Shown: positions 10,641-20,535, counted from the first letter of the stretch. The stretch: DNA of 64,000 bases from Acutalibacteraceae bacterium (GCA_045587045.1 JAZNBM010000142.1:3163-67162); one strand, 5' to 3'. Numbers and translations: made by a program. The notes: generated by a model from the sequence alone, not told the origin.

Positions 10641-11669
10641 TTAAAGAACGTCTGCGAGGTCAAGGATAAGTCTTTCGGTCTTTTCCCAGCCGAGGCAGGG
10701 GTCGGTGATTGATTTGCCGTAAATGTTTTCTTCGGGCTTCTGTGCGCCGTCTTCGATATAGCTTTCAATCATAAGACCCTTGACCAGCTTCTTTACATCG
10801 TCGGAATGACGGCAGCTGTGAAGCACTTCCTTTGCAATTCTGGGCTGTTCCATCCATTTTTTGCCTGAATTTGCGTGGTTTGTGTCGATAATTACAGCAG
10901 GATTCTGCAGATTTGTTTTGCTGTATACTTCTGCAAGGTGAATAAGATCCTCATAGTGGTAGTTGGGCATTGACTGACCGTGCTTGTTGACATAACCTCT
11001 GAGGATAGCGTGTGCAAGCGGATTGCCGCTGCTTTCAACTTCCCAGCCTCTGTAAATAAATGTGTGTGAATGCTGAGCCGCTGTTATTGAGTTCATCATA
11101 ACGGAAATGTCGCCTGCCGTGGGATTCTTCATACCAACGGGGATATCAAAACCGCTTGCCGTAAGGCGGTGTTGCTGATTTTCAACAGATCTTGCACCGA
11201 TTGCAACGTATGAAAGAACATCGGAGAGGTATCTGTAGTTTTCGGGATAAAGCATTTCGTCAGCGCAGGTGAAGCCCGTTTCCTCTATTGCTCTGATGTG
11301 CAGACTTCTGATTGCAACAACACCCTTTAACATATCCTCACTTTTATGAGGGTCAGGCTGGTGAAGCATTCCCTTGTATCCGTCGCCCGTTGTACGCGGT
11401 TTGTTTGTGTAAATTCTGGGAATGATGAGAATTTTATCCGAAACCTTTTCCTGAACGCCCCTGAGTCTGGATATGTAGTCTATTACGCTGTCATCGTTAT
11501 CAGCTGAACAGGGTCCGATGATAAGGATGAATCTGTCATCCTTGCTCTCAAAAACAGACTTGATTTCTTCGTCTCTTTTAGCCTTGATTGCTTCAAGCTC
11601 GGGGGTAAGAGGATACTGTGCTTTTATATCCATGGGGATAGGTAATTTACGTTTGAAATTCATATTCAT
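10641..11669 (-). CDS. aroF: DAHP synthase (type I-alpha)
   Basis: IIGPCS, KPRTT, IGARS, PVGMKN, DTNHANS, GLMIESY, YGKSITDPCLGW. Confidence 0.95.
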   Translation of the reverse strand: MNMNFKRKLPIPMDIKAQYPLTPELEAIKAKRDEEIKSVFESKDDRFILIIGPCSADNDDSVIDYISRLRGVQEKVSDKILIIPRIYTNKPRTTGDGYKGMLHQPDPHKSEDMLKGVVAIRSLHIRAIEETGFTCADEMLYPENYRYLSDVLSYVAIGARSVENQQHRLTASGFDIPVGMKNPTAGDISVMMNSITAAQHSHTFIYRGWEVESSGNPLAHAILRGYVNKHGQSMPNYHYEDLIHLAEVYSKTNLQNPAVIIDTNHANSGKKWMEQPRIAKEVLHSCRHSDDVKKLVKGLMIESYIEDGAQKPEENIYGKSITDPCLGWEKTERLILDLADVL

Positions 11670-11686
11670 TTTTGTTGCCTCCGAAA

Positions 11687-12544
11687 TTATTTTTTATCAA
11701 ACAATGCTCTGCGTTCGGTTGAATGACGCATCATTTCTCTCATCGAGTCAACGTCTTCGGTTTCAAGCATTGATTTAAGTTCATTGAATTTGTCAATAAA
11801 AAGATTCATCTGCTCAAGAAGTGCAGTTTTGTTTTCTATAAAAAGCTCGCTCCACATCAGGTCGTTTATGCGTGCGATTCTGGTAAGGTCACGGAACGAG
11901 TCGCCCGTAAACTTTTCCATATCTTCTTTATCGTTACAGGTCATAAGGGTTATTGCGATGCAGTGGGTAAGCTGTGAAAGGAAGCCTATCATTTCATCGT
12001 GTTCCTCGGGAGAAAGTGTTGTAACGTTTGAAAATCCGAGCAACCTGCCAAGCTCCATACAGGTATTTATTGCTTCGGGGGTGTTTTTGTCGGTAGGAGT
12101 AACAATATAGTTCGCTCCCGCAAACATTTTATCGGTGCTGTTTTCAACGCCCGAAACCTCTCGGCCCGCCATCGGGTGAGCGGCAATAAATTCCACGTCG
12201 GGGCGAAGCATTGCCTGCACTTTATAAACAATGCTGCATTTGACACCCGTTACGTCGGTGATAAGTGCACCGCTTTTTAAAAGGCTCTGATTCTGCTCAA
12301 TCCACTCCACGAAAATGTGGGGATACAAAGCAAAGATAACTATATCCGCTTCTCCTATTATTTTTTTGTCGAGTTCTGTTGAACCTTCATCAATTAAACC
12401 TTCTTTGAGTGCATAGTCTATTGAACTTTGCTCTTTTGTTACCGCACTTATGTGAAAGCCGAATCTTTTAAGCACTCTTGCATAGCTGCCGCCCAAAAGA
12501 CCGAGACCGACTATCAATATTCTTTTGCTTACGTTTACTATCAT
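11687..12544 (-). CDS. tyrA: Prephenate dehydrogenase
   Basis: IVGLGLLGGS Rossmann motif, HPMAGRE, EEHD, SFRDLTRIA. Confidence 0.95.
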   Translation of the reverse strand: MIVNVSKRILIVGLGLLGGSYARVLKRFGFHISAVTKEQSSIDYALKEGLIDEGSTELDKKIIGEADIVIFALYPHIFVEWIEQNQSLLKSGALITDVTGVKCSIVYKVQAMLRPDVEFIAAHPMAGREVSGVENSTDKMFAGANYIVTPTDKNTPEAINTCMELGRLLGFSNVTTLSPEEHDEMIGFLSQLTHCIAITLMTCNDKEDMEKFTGDSFRDLTRIARINDLMWSELFIENKTALLEQMNLFIDKFNELKSMLETEDVDSMREMMRHSTERRALFDKK

Positions 12545-13740
12545 TCCAAAATCACCTCTGCCCCGAGTTCTTTTATATCTGCAAAGAAACCGGGATAGCT
12601 TTTTCTGACCGCTTCGGCACCTTCAATCGCTCCGCCGTACTTTGAAAGTATCAGCGACAGAGCCATAACAATGCGATGGTCGTTGTGACCGTCAAGCACT
12701 TTGTCTGCAAGCAGTGTCTGCTTCGGAACGGTTATTGTGTTTTCACCGAAAACCAAGCCGCCGCCAAGCTTCTGCAGCTCTTCGTGCATAACCTGTCCTC
12801 GGTCACTTTCTTTAACCTTAAGTCTGTCTGTGCCTGTCAGAATCGCACCGTTTTTTAACACAGCAAGGGCGATAAGCACGGGCCCGAGGTCCGGACAGTC
12901 CGAAATATCAAGCGTGGGTGTGCATGCTGACATTTCATCAAAATACTTTTTATATACCCTGTCACCCTGCAGGCTTTCGGTACTGAGATTGCCGATAACC
13001 ACATCAGAGCCGATATAATTGAACGCATCAAGAAAAGCGGCATTTGAATAATCGCCCTCAACCCTGCCCGAATATGCGTGCAGTCGGGATTTTTTGATTA
13101 CAACAGTATATTCATCTTTAAACTCAACATCAGCCCCGAATGATTTCAATGCCGACAGCGTGAGATTGATATATGACCTGCTTTCAAACGGCGGAATAAT
13201 TTTGATTGACGACTCTTCGTCCAGATATACAAGTGCAAAAATAAGACCCGTAATAAACTGGCTGCTTATATCGCCCCTGATTTCATAATTTCCGCTTTCG
13301 AGCCTGCCGCAAAGAGTTACCGTCTCTTCGCTCTTTGAGAATTTAAAATTGTTTTCAAGACACAGCTTTTCGTAAACGTCAAGCGGTCTTTCCAGAAGCC
13401 TTTTGCTTCCCTTCAATGTAATTTCCCTGCCAAGGCACAGCGCAACGGGAATAAAAAATCTTAACGTGCTTCCGCTTTCTCTGCAATCAAGCACGGTTGA
13501 TACAGAATTCATAAACTGCTCGGGATTTATATGCAACGTATCGCCTTCGATCTGTATTTCGGCACCCAGAGCTTTCAGGCAATCGATTGTGGCAAGAATA
13601 TCTTCGCTGTAATCAATGCCCGAAATAACGCATTTTTCTTTTGAAAGTGCCGCGCCGATAAGATATCTGTGCGCCATACTTTTTGAGGGCGGCGCATTTA
13701 CGGTGCCTTTGAGTTTGCAGGGTTTAAAAATTGCTTTCAT
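12541..13740 (-). CDS. aroA: EPSP synthase
   Basis: PPSKSMAHR, CRESGSTLRF, SSQFITG, KESDR, HNDHRIVM, KSYPGF. Confidence 0.96.
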   Translation of the reverse strand: MKAIFKPCKLKGTVNAPPSKSMAHRYLIGAALSKEKCVISGIDYSEDILATIDCLKALGAEIQIEGDTLHINPEQFMNSVSTVLDCRESGSTLRFFIPVALCLGREITLKGSKRLLERPLDVYEKLCLENNFKFSKSEETVTLCGRLESGNYEIRGDISSQFITGLIFALVYLDEESSIKIIPPFESRSYINLTLSALKSFGADVEFKDEYTVVIKKSRLHAYSGRVEGDYSNAAFLDAFNYIGSDVVIGNLSTESLQGDRVYKKYFDEMSACTPTLDISDCPDLGPVLIALAVLKNGAILTGTDRLKVKESDRGQVMHEELQKLGGGLVFGENTITVPKQTLLADKVLDGHNDHRIVMALSLILSKYGGAIEGAEAVRKSYPGFFADIKELGAEVILE

Positions 13741-13741
13741 A

Positions 13742-14170
13742 TTATTTACCTTCTGTAAGATAATCGATTGCCTCAAGGTATCCGTCCGTGCCGTGTCCCG
13801 TAATGGTTTTTACGCAGGCAAGACGTATATAGCTTATCTGCCTGAAATCTTCTCTGTCCTCAACTTTTGAGATATGCACCTCAACCGTCGGTATGCTGAC
13901 AGATTTTACAGCATCAAGAATGGCAATGCTTGTGTGGGTATATGCACCGGGATTGATAACGATTCCGTCTGTGTTGCCGTAGGCATTCTGAATTTCATCA
14001 ACAAGGTCGCCCTCGTGGTTTGACTGATATATCTTAACGTCTATATTCTTTTGGTTGCAGTAATCACTGATTTTTTTTGTGAGGTCTGCATAGGTTTCTT
14101 TTCCGTAATGTTCAGGCTCTCTTATGCCGAGCATATTGATATTCGGGCCGTTTATAACAAGTATTTTCAC
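13742..14170 (-). CDS. aroQ: Type II 3-dehydroquinate dehydratase
   Basis: NGPNINMLGIREPEHYG, QSNHEG, INPGAYTHTS, EVHIS. Confidence 0.97.
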   Translation of the reverse strand: MKILVINGPNINMLGIREPEHYGKETYADLTKKISDYCNQKNIDVKIYQSNHEGDLVDEIQNAYGNTDGIVINPGAYTHTSIAILDAVKSVSIPTVEVHISKVEDREDFRQISYIRLACVKTITGHGTDGYLEAIDYLTEGK

Positions 14171-15414
14171 ATTATCAGCTCCGTTCTTTTTTTAAGAATA
14201 AACCCTGCTTCTTCTTCGGGTGTTGCCATATCGGGCACGGTAACGTCAGCCGTTGTCATATAGATACCCATTCTTTCGTCATAAAGCTTTTTCAGCTTTT
14301 CGGGAGTATCCGACAAAGGTCTGCTGTCTGTGGGAAGAAGTCTGTTTATATCAGCATTTATAAAAAAGATTTTTCCGTTTCTCTTAAGAGCGTTTACGTT
14401 TTCTTCACGCAGCACGGCACCGCCGCCCGTTGAGATTATCTGACACCCCTTTGAAGAAACGTCTTTGATGACCTCTGTTTCAAGGTCGCGGAAATATTTT
14501 TCGCCTTTGTTGCTTATGAGCTCTTTTATTGTGCAGCCGCAACGTTTTTCAATCTCTTCATCAGTGTCGACAAAACTGAATCCGTCAATATTCAGAAGCT
14601 TTCCGACGGTGCTTTTGCCGCTGCCGGGCATTCCGGTAAGAACAACGTTTTCTTTTGATGCAAAAATTGATGCAAAAACGCCGTCTGCAACTGTCTGCGG
14701 AATTTCGGTGTCAATGAATTTCTGAACAGCAACAACCGCCTGCATAACAAGCATATAAAGTCCGCCCTCTGCTTTTATGCCTTTGCTTTTAGCTTTCAGT
14801 ACAAGGTTTGTGCAAAGCGGATTATAAACCGCATCAACAACGCCCTCAAGCTTTTCAAAAACAGAAATATCAATCGGAACACCGTCGCAGGCAGGATACA
14901 TTCCCGACGGAGTGGTGTTGATAATAACGTTTGCATCCGAATGCCCTGTTACAGCTTCTTCATAGGTTATGTAGTTTTCCGTTTTATTTCTGCTTACCGT
15001 GATTATTTCGGCAGCACCCATATCCTCTGTCAGAACACGTGCGGTTTTGCTTGTGCCGCCCGTGCCGAGGATAAGAACCTTTTTGCCTTTAAGCTCAATT
15101 CCGATTTTTTCGATGAGGGCTTTCATTCCGTAGTAATCCGTATTATAGCCGTAAAGCTTACCGTTTTTGTTTACAATGGTGTTGACCGCACCTATGCGCT
15201 TTGCAACGTCGCTCATTGAGTCAAGAAACGGTATAACGTCCTGCTTGTAAGGGATGGTAACGTTTATGGCGCTGAATTCCTTTGCACCGAAGAAATTCGC
15301 TAATTCATCTTCTTTAAGCTCTATAAGTTCATATTCATAGTCGGCAAGCTTTGCGTGAATTTCTTTTGAAAAGCTGTGGGTTAATTTTTTGCCTATACAT
15401 CCGTATTCTTTCAT
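14167..15414 (-). CDS. aroE: Shikimate dehydrogenase-shikimate kinase fusion
   Basis: N-terminal HSFS, NVTIPYK, GAVNT, YNTD, GTGG; C-terminal GMPGSGKST P-loop, FRDLE, STGGG, RPL. Confidence 0.93.
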   Translation of the reverse strand: MKEYGCIGKKLTHSFSKEIHAKLADYEYELIELKEDELANFFGAKEFSAINVTIPYKQDVIPFLDSMSDVAKRIGAVNTIVNKNGKLYGYNTDYYGMKALIEKIGIELKGKKVLILGTGGTSKTARVLTEDMGAAEIITVSRNKTENYITYEEAVTGHSDANVIINTTPSGMYPACDGVPIDISVFEKLEGVVDAVYNPLCTNLVLKAKSKGIKAEGGLYMLVMQAVVAVQKFIDTEIPQTVADGVFASIFASKENVVLTGMPGSGKSTVGKLLNIDGFSFVDTDEEIEKRCGCTIKELISNKGEKYFRDLETEVIKDVSSKGCQIISTGGGAVLREENVNALKRNGKIFFINADINRLLPTDSRPLSDTPEKLKKLYDERMGIYMTTADVTVPDMATPEEEAGFILKKRTELIM

Positions 15415-15416
15415 AA

Positions 15417-16505
15417 TTATTTCATCCAATCCGTTCCGAACCTCATTGCAAGCATATCGCAAACAACAATAGCTGCTGCCGCATCCTGAACAACCCTTGC
15501 CCTGTGAACAATGGCAGGGTCATGTCTGCCTTTGGGTTCAATAACGGTTTCGGTCATAGCTTTGAAATCAACCGTATTCTGCGGCTTGAATATTGTAGGG
15601 GTGGGTTTGATTACAGTTCTGAAAATAACGGGCATTCCGTTTGTGATTCCGCCGTTAATACCGCCGTTATTATTTGTTTCTGTAACGATTTCCCCATTGT
15701 CAATCCTGAGTGGGTCGTTTGCCGAACTGCCTCTCATATCCGCAAAATCAAAGCCTGCGCCAAACTCAATGCCTTTAACCGCAGGAATTGAAAACATCAT
15801 GTGCGAAATGAGGCTTTCAACAGAATCAAACCACGGCTCGCCGACACCGTCGGGGATACCTGTTATTGCAGTTTCAAGAATACCGCCTACACTGTCGCCG
15901 TCTGCTGCCGCTTCAAGAATTTTATTTTTCATTGTCTCTTCGCAGGTTTCGTCAAGCACGGCAAAGGTTTTTTGGCTTAACGCCTGAATATCTGAAACAT
16001 AATCGCCGAATTCCCTGTCAGAAACTCCGCCGCATTTTTTAACGTGTGTGCCGATATATATACCTTTTTTCTCAAGTGCCGATTTGCATATTGCTCCTGC
16101 GGCAACAAGAGCCGCAGTTATTCTTCCGCTGAAATGTCCGCCGCCTCTTGAATCCTGATATCCGTGATATTTGCACTGTGCGGTGTAGTCGGCGTGAGAT
16201 GGACGGGCAACCGTTTTAAGCTCGCTGTAATCCGAGCTTTTTACGTTTTCGTTCGGAATAAGAATCGTAACGGCTGTTCCCGTTGTTTTGTTATTTATAA
16301 CACCGCTGATAATTCTGAATTCATCTTTTTCTTTTCTCGGTGTAGAAATTTTTCCGTCAGGACGTCTGAGTGTGAGCATATGCTCAATATAATCTCTGTC
16401 AATATCCAGACCGGGTGCAAGACCGTCGATAACAGCACCGATATATTCACCGTGACTTTCACCAAACAGAGTAATTGCCACGCTGTTGCCGAATGTGTTT
16501 TTCAT
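15417..16505 (-). CDS. aroC: Chorismate synthase
   Basis: FGESHG, RPSHAD, GGGHFSGR, NNNGGINGGITNG, KPTPT, GRHDP. Confidence 0.97.
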   Translation of the reverse strand: MKNTFGNSVAITLFGESHGEYIGAVIDGLAPGLDIDRDYIEHMLTLRRPDGKISTPRKEKDEFRIISGVINNKTTGTAVTILIPNENVKSSDYSELKTVARPSHADYTAQCKYHGYQDSRGGGHFSGRITAALVAAGAICKSALEKKGIYIGTHVKKCGGVSDREFGDYVSDIQALSQKTFAVLDETCEETMKNKILEAAADGDSVGGILETAITGIPDGVGEPWFDSVESLISHMMFSIPAVKGIEFGAGFDFADMRGSSANDPLRIDNGEIVTETNNNGGINGGITNGMPVIFRTVIKPTPTIFKPQNTVDFKAMTETVIEPKGRHDPAIVHRARVVQDAAAAIVVCDMLAMRFGTDWMK

Positions 16506-16510
16506 CTGTT

Positions 16511-17533
16511 TCATCCTTTCAGACAATTTTCAGCCATATCCATAACCTGACTGAACTTCAGGGTTTTTATTTCAAAATTTCCAACCTCGTTGACAAAAGT
16601 TACCGCAACCGAATCGCCGTCAGCTTTTTTATCGTGAAAAGCTGCTTCCCTGATTTTGTTCCAATCAAAATTCTTGATATTATAAAGGTTGCATTTTTTC
16701 AGAACGTTTACAACTCGGGGTCTGATTTTTTCGCTGCACATAGGGATAATTCCAAGTGCAACACACTCTCCGTGATAAAGCTCATCCATATTTCCGCTGC
16801 TTTCTATGCCGTGACCGACCGTGTGACCGAAATTGAGTATTTTTCTCAGACCCGATTCTTTTTCATCCTGCTCAACAACCGATTTTTTAATATTGAGTGA
16901 ACGGATTATGATTTCGTCGATATTCGCTGCAATATCCTTGTTTTCAAATATCTCAAACAGCTCGCTGTCAGACGTGAGTGACATTTTGATTGCTTCTGCA
17001 AGTCCGTTTGAAATCTGTCTTTGAGGAAGTGTATTAAGAAGCTCAGGGTCAATCAGAACTTTTTTCGGCTGATAAAACGCACCCACAATGTTCTTGATGC
17101 CGCCGAAATTGATTGCCGTTTTACCTCCGATGGAAGAATCTATCTGCGAAAGAAGTGTTGTGGGGATATTATAAAAATCAACACCTCTCATATATGCCGA
17201 AGCCGCAAAACCCGAAAGGTCGCCCACGACGCCGCCGCCAACTGCAACAACGCAGTCTTTTCTTGAAAAACCGTTTTCAAGCATTGTGTGGAGAAGCTTT
17301 TCAAGCCCCTCAATGCTCTTTGATGCTTCGCCCTGCTCAACGGTGCATATAACGGGGGTTTTGCACTGTGCGGCAAGTGTTTGTGCATAAACGGCAGGAA
17401 CCCCTGTATCGGTTACAACAAGAACTCGTCTGTCCAAGTTGAGGTGTTTTTTTGCTTCGGCAATAATACCTCTTTCAACGATAATATCGTAGCCGTTTTC
17501 TTTTAAATCAAGATGTATTGTCATATCATTCAC
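16511..17533 (-). CDS. aroB: 3-dehydroquinate synthase
   Basis: GGGVVGD, PTTLLSQIDSSIGGK, LNFGHTVGHGIE, HGECV. Confidence 0.97.
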   Translation of the reverse strand: MNDMTIHLDLKENGYDIIVERGIIAEAKKHLNLDRRVLVVTDTGVPAVYAQTLAAQCKTPVICTVEQGEASKSIEGLEKLLHTMLENGFSRKDCVVAVGGGVVGDLSGFAASAYMRGVDFYNIPTTLLSQIDSSIGGKTAINFGGIKNIVGAFYQPKKVLIDPELLNTLPQRQISNGLAEAIKMSLTSDSELFEIFENKDIAANIDEIIIRSLNIKKSVVEQDEKESGLRKILNFGHTVGHGIESSGNMDELYHGECVALGIIPMCSEKIRPRVVNVLKKCNLYNIKNFDWNKIREAAFHDKKADGDSVAVTFVNEVGNFEIKTLKFSQVMDMAENCLKG

Positions 17534-17535
17534 CC

Positions 17536-18624
17536 TTATATCTCGCTGTGCGGTGCAAAAGTTCCCGCAATTTTAAGCTTATCGCAGACCTGACTTAATT
17601 CCCCTATCATCCTTTGTCCTTCTGCGGTGTCCGTTATGCCGTCGATTTCTATATAGAAATAATACTGCCACGAATGCTTTTTGAGCGGTCTGCTTCTGAG
17701 TGCAGTCATATTGTAGCCGTATTTGCCGATGATTCCGATTGCGTGTGCAAGTGAACCTGCTTCGTTTTTAACCGTAAACATCAGTACCGAACTCGTGAGT
17801 GAGGGTGATTCGGCTTTGACCCTTGAAAGCACAGCAAAACGTGTGGTGTTTTCGCCGCTTTTGTTTATATTTGCTTCAAGTATTTTCAGACCGTATATCT
17901 CTGCCGTTTCGACACTGGCAATTGCACCAAGGGATTTATCGTTTGATTCCGCAACTGTTTTTGCGGCAATTGCCGTGTTATTTGCTTCTTCGATATCAAA
18001 ACCTCGCATTTTGATATATTCGTGGCACTGACCAAGCGCCTGAGGATGACTTGTTACTTTTTTGATATCATCAACTCTTGAACCCTGAACACCGAGAAGA
18101 TTCTGGTGAATTTCAAGCTCATAAATTCCGTTTATGAAAAGACTGCCCGAAAAAATAAGGTCAATCGTCTGTCCGACTTCACCTGCATAGCTGTTTTCGA
18201 TGGGGAGAACAGCTACGTCTGCTTCACCGTTTACAACGGCATCGTAGGCAGATTTGAAATCCCTGAACGAAACTCTGTTGCTGTCGGGAAAGACTCTGCC
18301 TGCCGCTATGTGAGCAAAAGCGCCCTCAACTCCACTGTAAGCAACCTTAAGACCGTTTTGCATACGGTACTGATATGCCTTTGAAACGCCCATAAGATTT
18401 TTAATGTGTTCAATATAATAGCCTTTGATAACTTCATCGTCTATCATAGAAGAATTTTTTTCGATAACCGCTTCTTCTCTTTCGGGGTCAAAAATAGGAA
18501 GTCCGAATTCTTTTTTATGTTCAAAAACCATTTCGGCGGCTCTCATTCTTTCAACAAACAGCTCTGCCATTTGAGAATCCACTCTGTTGATAATTGCCCT
18601 TGCTTCGTCCAATTTGTTTGACAT
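17536..18624 (-). CDS. pheA: Chorismate mutase/prephenate dehydratase
   Basis: N-terminal CM domain (DPERE), PIENS, SHPQALGQC, NTTRF, ACT domain (SRP). Start ATG 18624 after RBS GAAGG. Confidence 0.95.
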   Translation of the reverse strand: MSNKLDEARAIINRVDSQMAELFVERMRAAEMVFEHKKEFGLPIFDPEREEAVIEKNSSMIDDEVIKGYYIEHIKNLMGVSKAYQYRMQNGLKVAYSGVEGAFAHIAAGRVFPDSNRVSFRDFKSAYDAVVNGEADVAVLPIENSYAGEVGQTIDLIFSGSLFINGIYELEIHQNLLGVQGSRVDDIKKVTSHPQALGQCHEYIKMRGFDIEEANNTAIAAKTVAESNDKSLGAIASVETAEIYGLKILEANINKSGENTTRFAVLSRVKAESPSLTSSVLMFTVKNEAGSLAHAIGIIGKYGYNMTALRSRPLKKHSWQYYFYIEIDGITDTAEGQRMIGELSQVCDKLKIAGTFAPHSEI

Positions 18625-18645
18625 ATACGGACCTTCCTTTCTGAA

Positions 18646-18680
18646 ATAAAAAACCTCACTTGTCAGGTTACAAGTGAGGC
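18646..18680 (-). terminator. Attenuator terminator of the aro operon
   Basis: Minus strand CCTCACTTGT-AACCTG-ACAAGTGAGG-TTTTTT between the leader peptide and pheA. Confidence 0.9.
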
Positions 18681-18712
18681 TCTGAAATACTGTCAAAAAA
18701 CTTCAAGTACTC

Positions 18713-18832
18713 TCAAAAAATTTTTGCGGCTCTCACAAGTAACTTTTCCATAGCAAAATAAGCATAGCCAAAGTAAAAGGCTACGCTAAAGTTAAAGAAA
18801 TATTTACTTGTACGAGAAAGTACGGAAGTCAT
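18713..18832 (-). CDS. Phe/Tyr-rich attenuator leader peptide, 39 aa (MTSVLSRTSKYFFNFSVAFYFGYAYFAMEKLLVRAAKIF)
   Basis: Manual translation; RBS AAAGGT; 10 Phe/Tyr codons among codons 11-26; lies between the promoter and terminator of the aromatic amino acid operon. Confidence 0.88.
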   Translation of the reverse strand: MTSVLSRTSKYFFNFSVAFYFGYAYFAMEKLLVRAAKIF

Positions 18833-18864
18833 AAATATTACCTTTGAACACTAAAATTTTCTTA

Positions 18865-18893
18865 ATTATATTCCTGCAATAATGAAAAGTCAA
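18865..18893 (-). promoter_or_regulatory. Sigma-A promoter of the aro operon
   Basis: TTGACT-17nt-TATAAT on the minus strand. Confidence 0.85.
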
Positions 18894-18950
18894 GAGAATT
18901 CAGAAATAAATATGATTTTTTTCAGTCTTGGTTTTTATAATCCAGTACTC

Positions 18951-18982
18951 AAAAAACCGCCCTCTGAAAGAGGACGGTTTTG
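18951..18982 (-). terminator. Terminator of the antiporter gene
   Basis: AAAACCGTCCTCT-TTC-AGAGGGCGGTTTTTT on the minus strand. Confidence 0.75.
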
Positions 18983-19011
18983 TTAATGCTCTGCCAAACG
19001 CAGATTCTTTA

Positions 19012-20292
19012 TCAGAGCTTTGCGGGTGCCGTTCTGTTCTTTCTGTGGTGATGCGGCTCCTTGGGAGCAATTTCGCCTGCCTTTGTAAGAGAAATCTTTG
19101 TAAGCGTGGGACCGACAAGCTCATAAATCAGAACCGAGAAAAGAACGATGTTTCTGATAAGGTAACCAACCTCGCCAAGCTCCATTGCGGTAACACTCAT
19201 ACCAAGAGCTACGCCTGCCTGCGGAAGAAGAGTTATGCCGAGATACCTTGTTGTTTTCTTATCACAACGGGAAATTTTTGCACTTGCATATGCTCCTAAA
19301 TATTTGCCCAGCGAACGGGAAATGATGTAAGCCGCGCCGATACCGACAATGGCAATATCCGTAAATACGTTGAGTTCAAGCTCTGCACCGCTGAGGACAA
19401 AGAAAAGGGTAAAAATCGGGTTTGTCCATTTGTCTGTCTTTTCCATAATTTCTGCCGAGAAATCGCAGAGATTGCAGAACATTGTGCCGAGCATCATGCA
19501 AACAAGAAGAGTTGAGAAACCGATGTGAATGCCGCCGATTTCAAATGTCTTCATTGAAGCCGCAACGGTGAATATAACAAAGGTTATGGAAAGGCACAGA
19601 CGTTTGCTGTTTGAGCTGAAAAACTTTTCGCAGAAAGTGAAAAGCACACCCATAACTGCACCCAGAGCAATTGAGCAAACGATTTCAAGAATCGGCTCAA
19701 GGATAATTGCGACAAGGTTAAAGTCGCCGTGTACAAGGGCTTTTGAAATACCGAACGAAACAGCAAATATTATAAGACCGACTGCATCGTCGATAGCAAC
19801 GATGGGCAGGAGCAAATCTGTGAGCTTACCCTTTGCTTTATACTGGCGGACAACCATAAGTGTTGCCGCAGGAGCCGTTGCCGCCGCAACCGCGCCAAGG
19901 GTAATTGCCATGGGTAAGGGCAGTTTTTCGTCAAGCACAAAATGCAGACCGATAAGTACCGCATCAACGCAGAGTGTTGCCACAAGTGCCTGGAAAATAC
20001 CGATGAAGGTTGCTTTTTTGCCAACCTGCTTAAGCTGTGAAAGTCTGAATTCATTACCGATTGCAAATGCGATGAAGCCAAGAGCGACATTTGAAATAAT
20101 TTCAAGCTCCTTAACACTTTCCGCCGAGGTGAAGCCGAGACCCTCAATGCCGAGTCTGCCGAGACAGTAAGGACCCACAACGATACCTGCCACAAGATAA
20201 GCTGTTACGGAGGGAAGATTAAGCAGCTTTGACAAACGGCTCATAAAAAGACCTGCTGCAAGAGCTATTGAGATACACATTAAAACGCTCAT
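19012..20292 (-). CDS. Cation:proton antiporter (CPA family)
   Basis: About 12 TM helices; ATAPAAT, VAIDDAVG, FFVLSGA, PQAGVA motifs. Confidence 0.9.
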   Translation of the reverse strand: MSVLMCISIALAAGLFMSRLSKLLNLPSVTAYLVAGIVVGPYCLGRLGIEGLGFTSAESVKELEIISNVALGFIAFAIGNEFRLSQLKQVGKKATFIGIFQALVATLCVDAVLIGLHFVLDEKLPLPMAITLGAVAAATAPAATLMVVRQYKAKGKLTDLLLPIVAIDDAVGLIIFAVSFGISKALVHGDFNLVAIILEPILEIVCSIALGAVMGVLFTFCEKFFSSNSKRLCLSITFVIFTVAASMKTFEIGGIHIGFSTLLVCMMLGTMFCNLCDFSAEIMEKTDKWTNPIFTLFFVLSGAELELNVFTDIAIVGIGAAYIISRSLGKYLGAYASAKISRCDKKTTRYLGITLLPQAGVALGMSVTAMELGEVGYLIRNIVLFSVLIYELVGPTLTKISLTKAGEIAPKEPHHHRKNRTAPAKL

Positions 20293-20331
20293 ATTATTCG
20301 CCTGATTTCTTTATTATTTTAAACCTATTAA

Positions 20332-20360
20332 GGTATAGCACAACAAAACTTCAAAGTCAA
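20332..20360 (-). promoter_or_regulatory. Promoter of the antiporter gene
   Basis: TTGACT-17nt-TATACC with an extended TG. Confidence 0.55.
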
Positions 20361-20462
20361 GGCATTAAAAATTTTTTGTAAGAAGTCATAATTATGCCGC
20401 TAAATGCAATACTCAAACAATAATTTTGACGAAATAATATATCGGATTATGTCACAAAACGG

Positions 20463-20491
20463 TTTACAACTGCGTTTTCGCGTGATAGAAT
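20463..20491 (+). promoter_or_regulatory. Promoter of the nucleobase permease
   Basis: TTTACA-17nt-TAGAAT. Confidence 0.55.
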
Positions 20492-20535
20492 GATAACAGC
20501 AATTATCCTCAAAACTTTATTTCGGAGGTCACAAA

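Noticed and set aside
18625-18893. T-box leader
   Set aside because: No T-box consensus (GGTGGNACCGCG) seen; the leader peptide explains the region better.
20293-20535. PyrR attenuator or purine riboswitch before the nucleobase permease
   Set aside because: No PyrR-binding consensus or terminator; the promoter lies only ~45 nt from the start.
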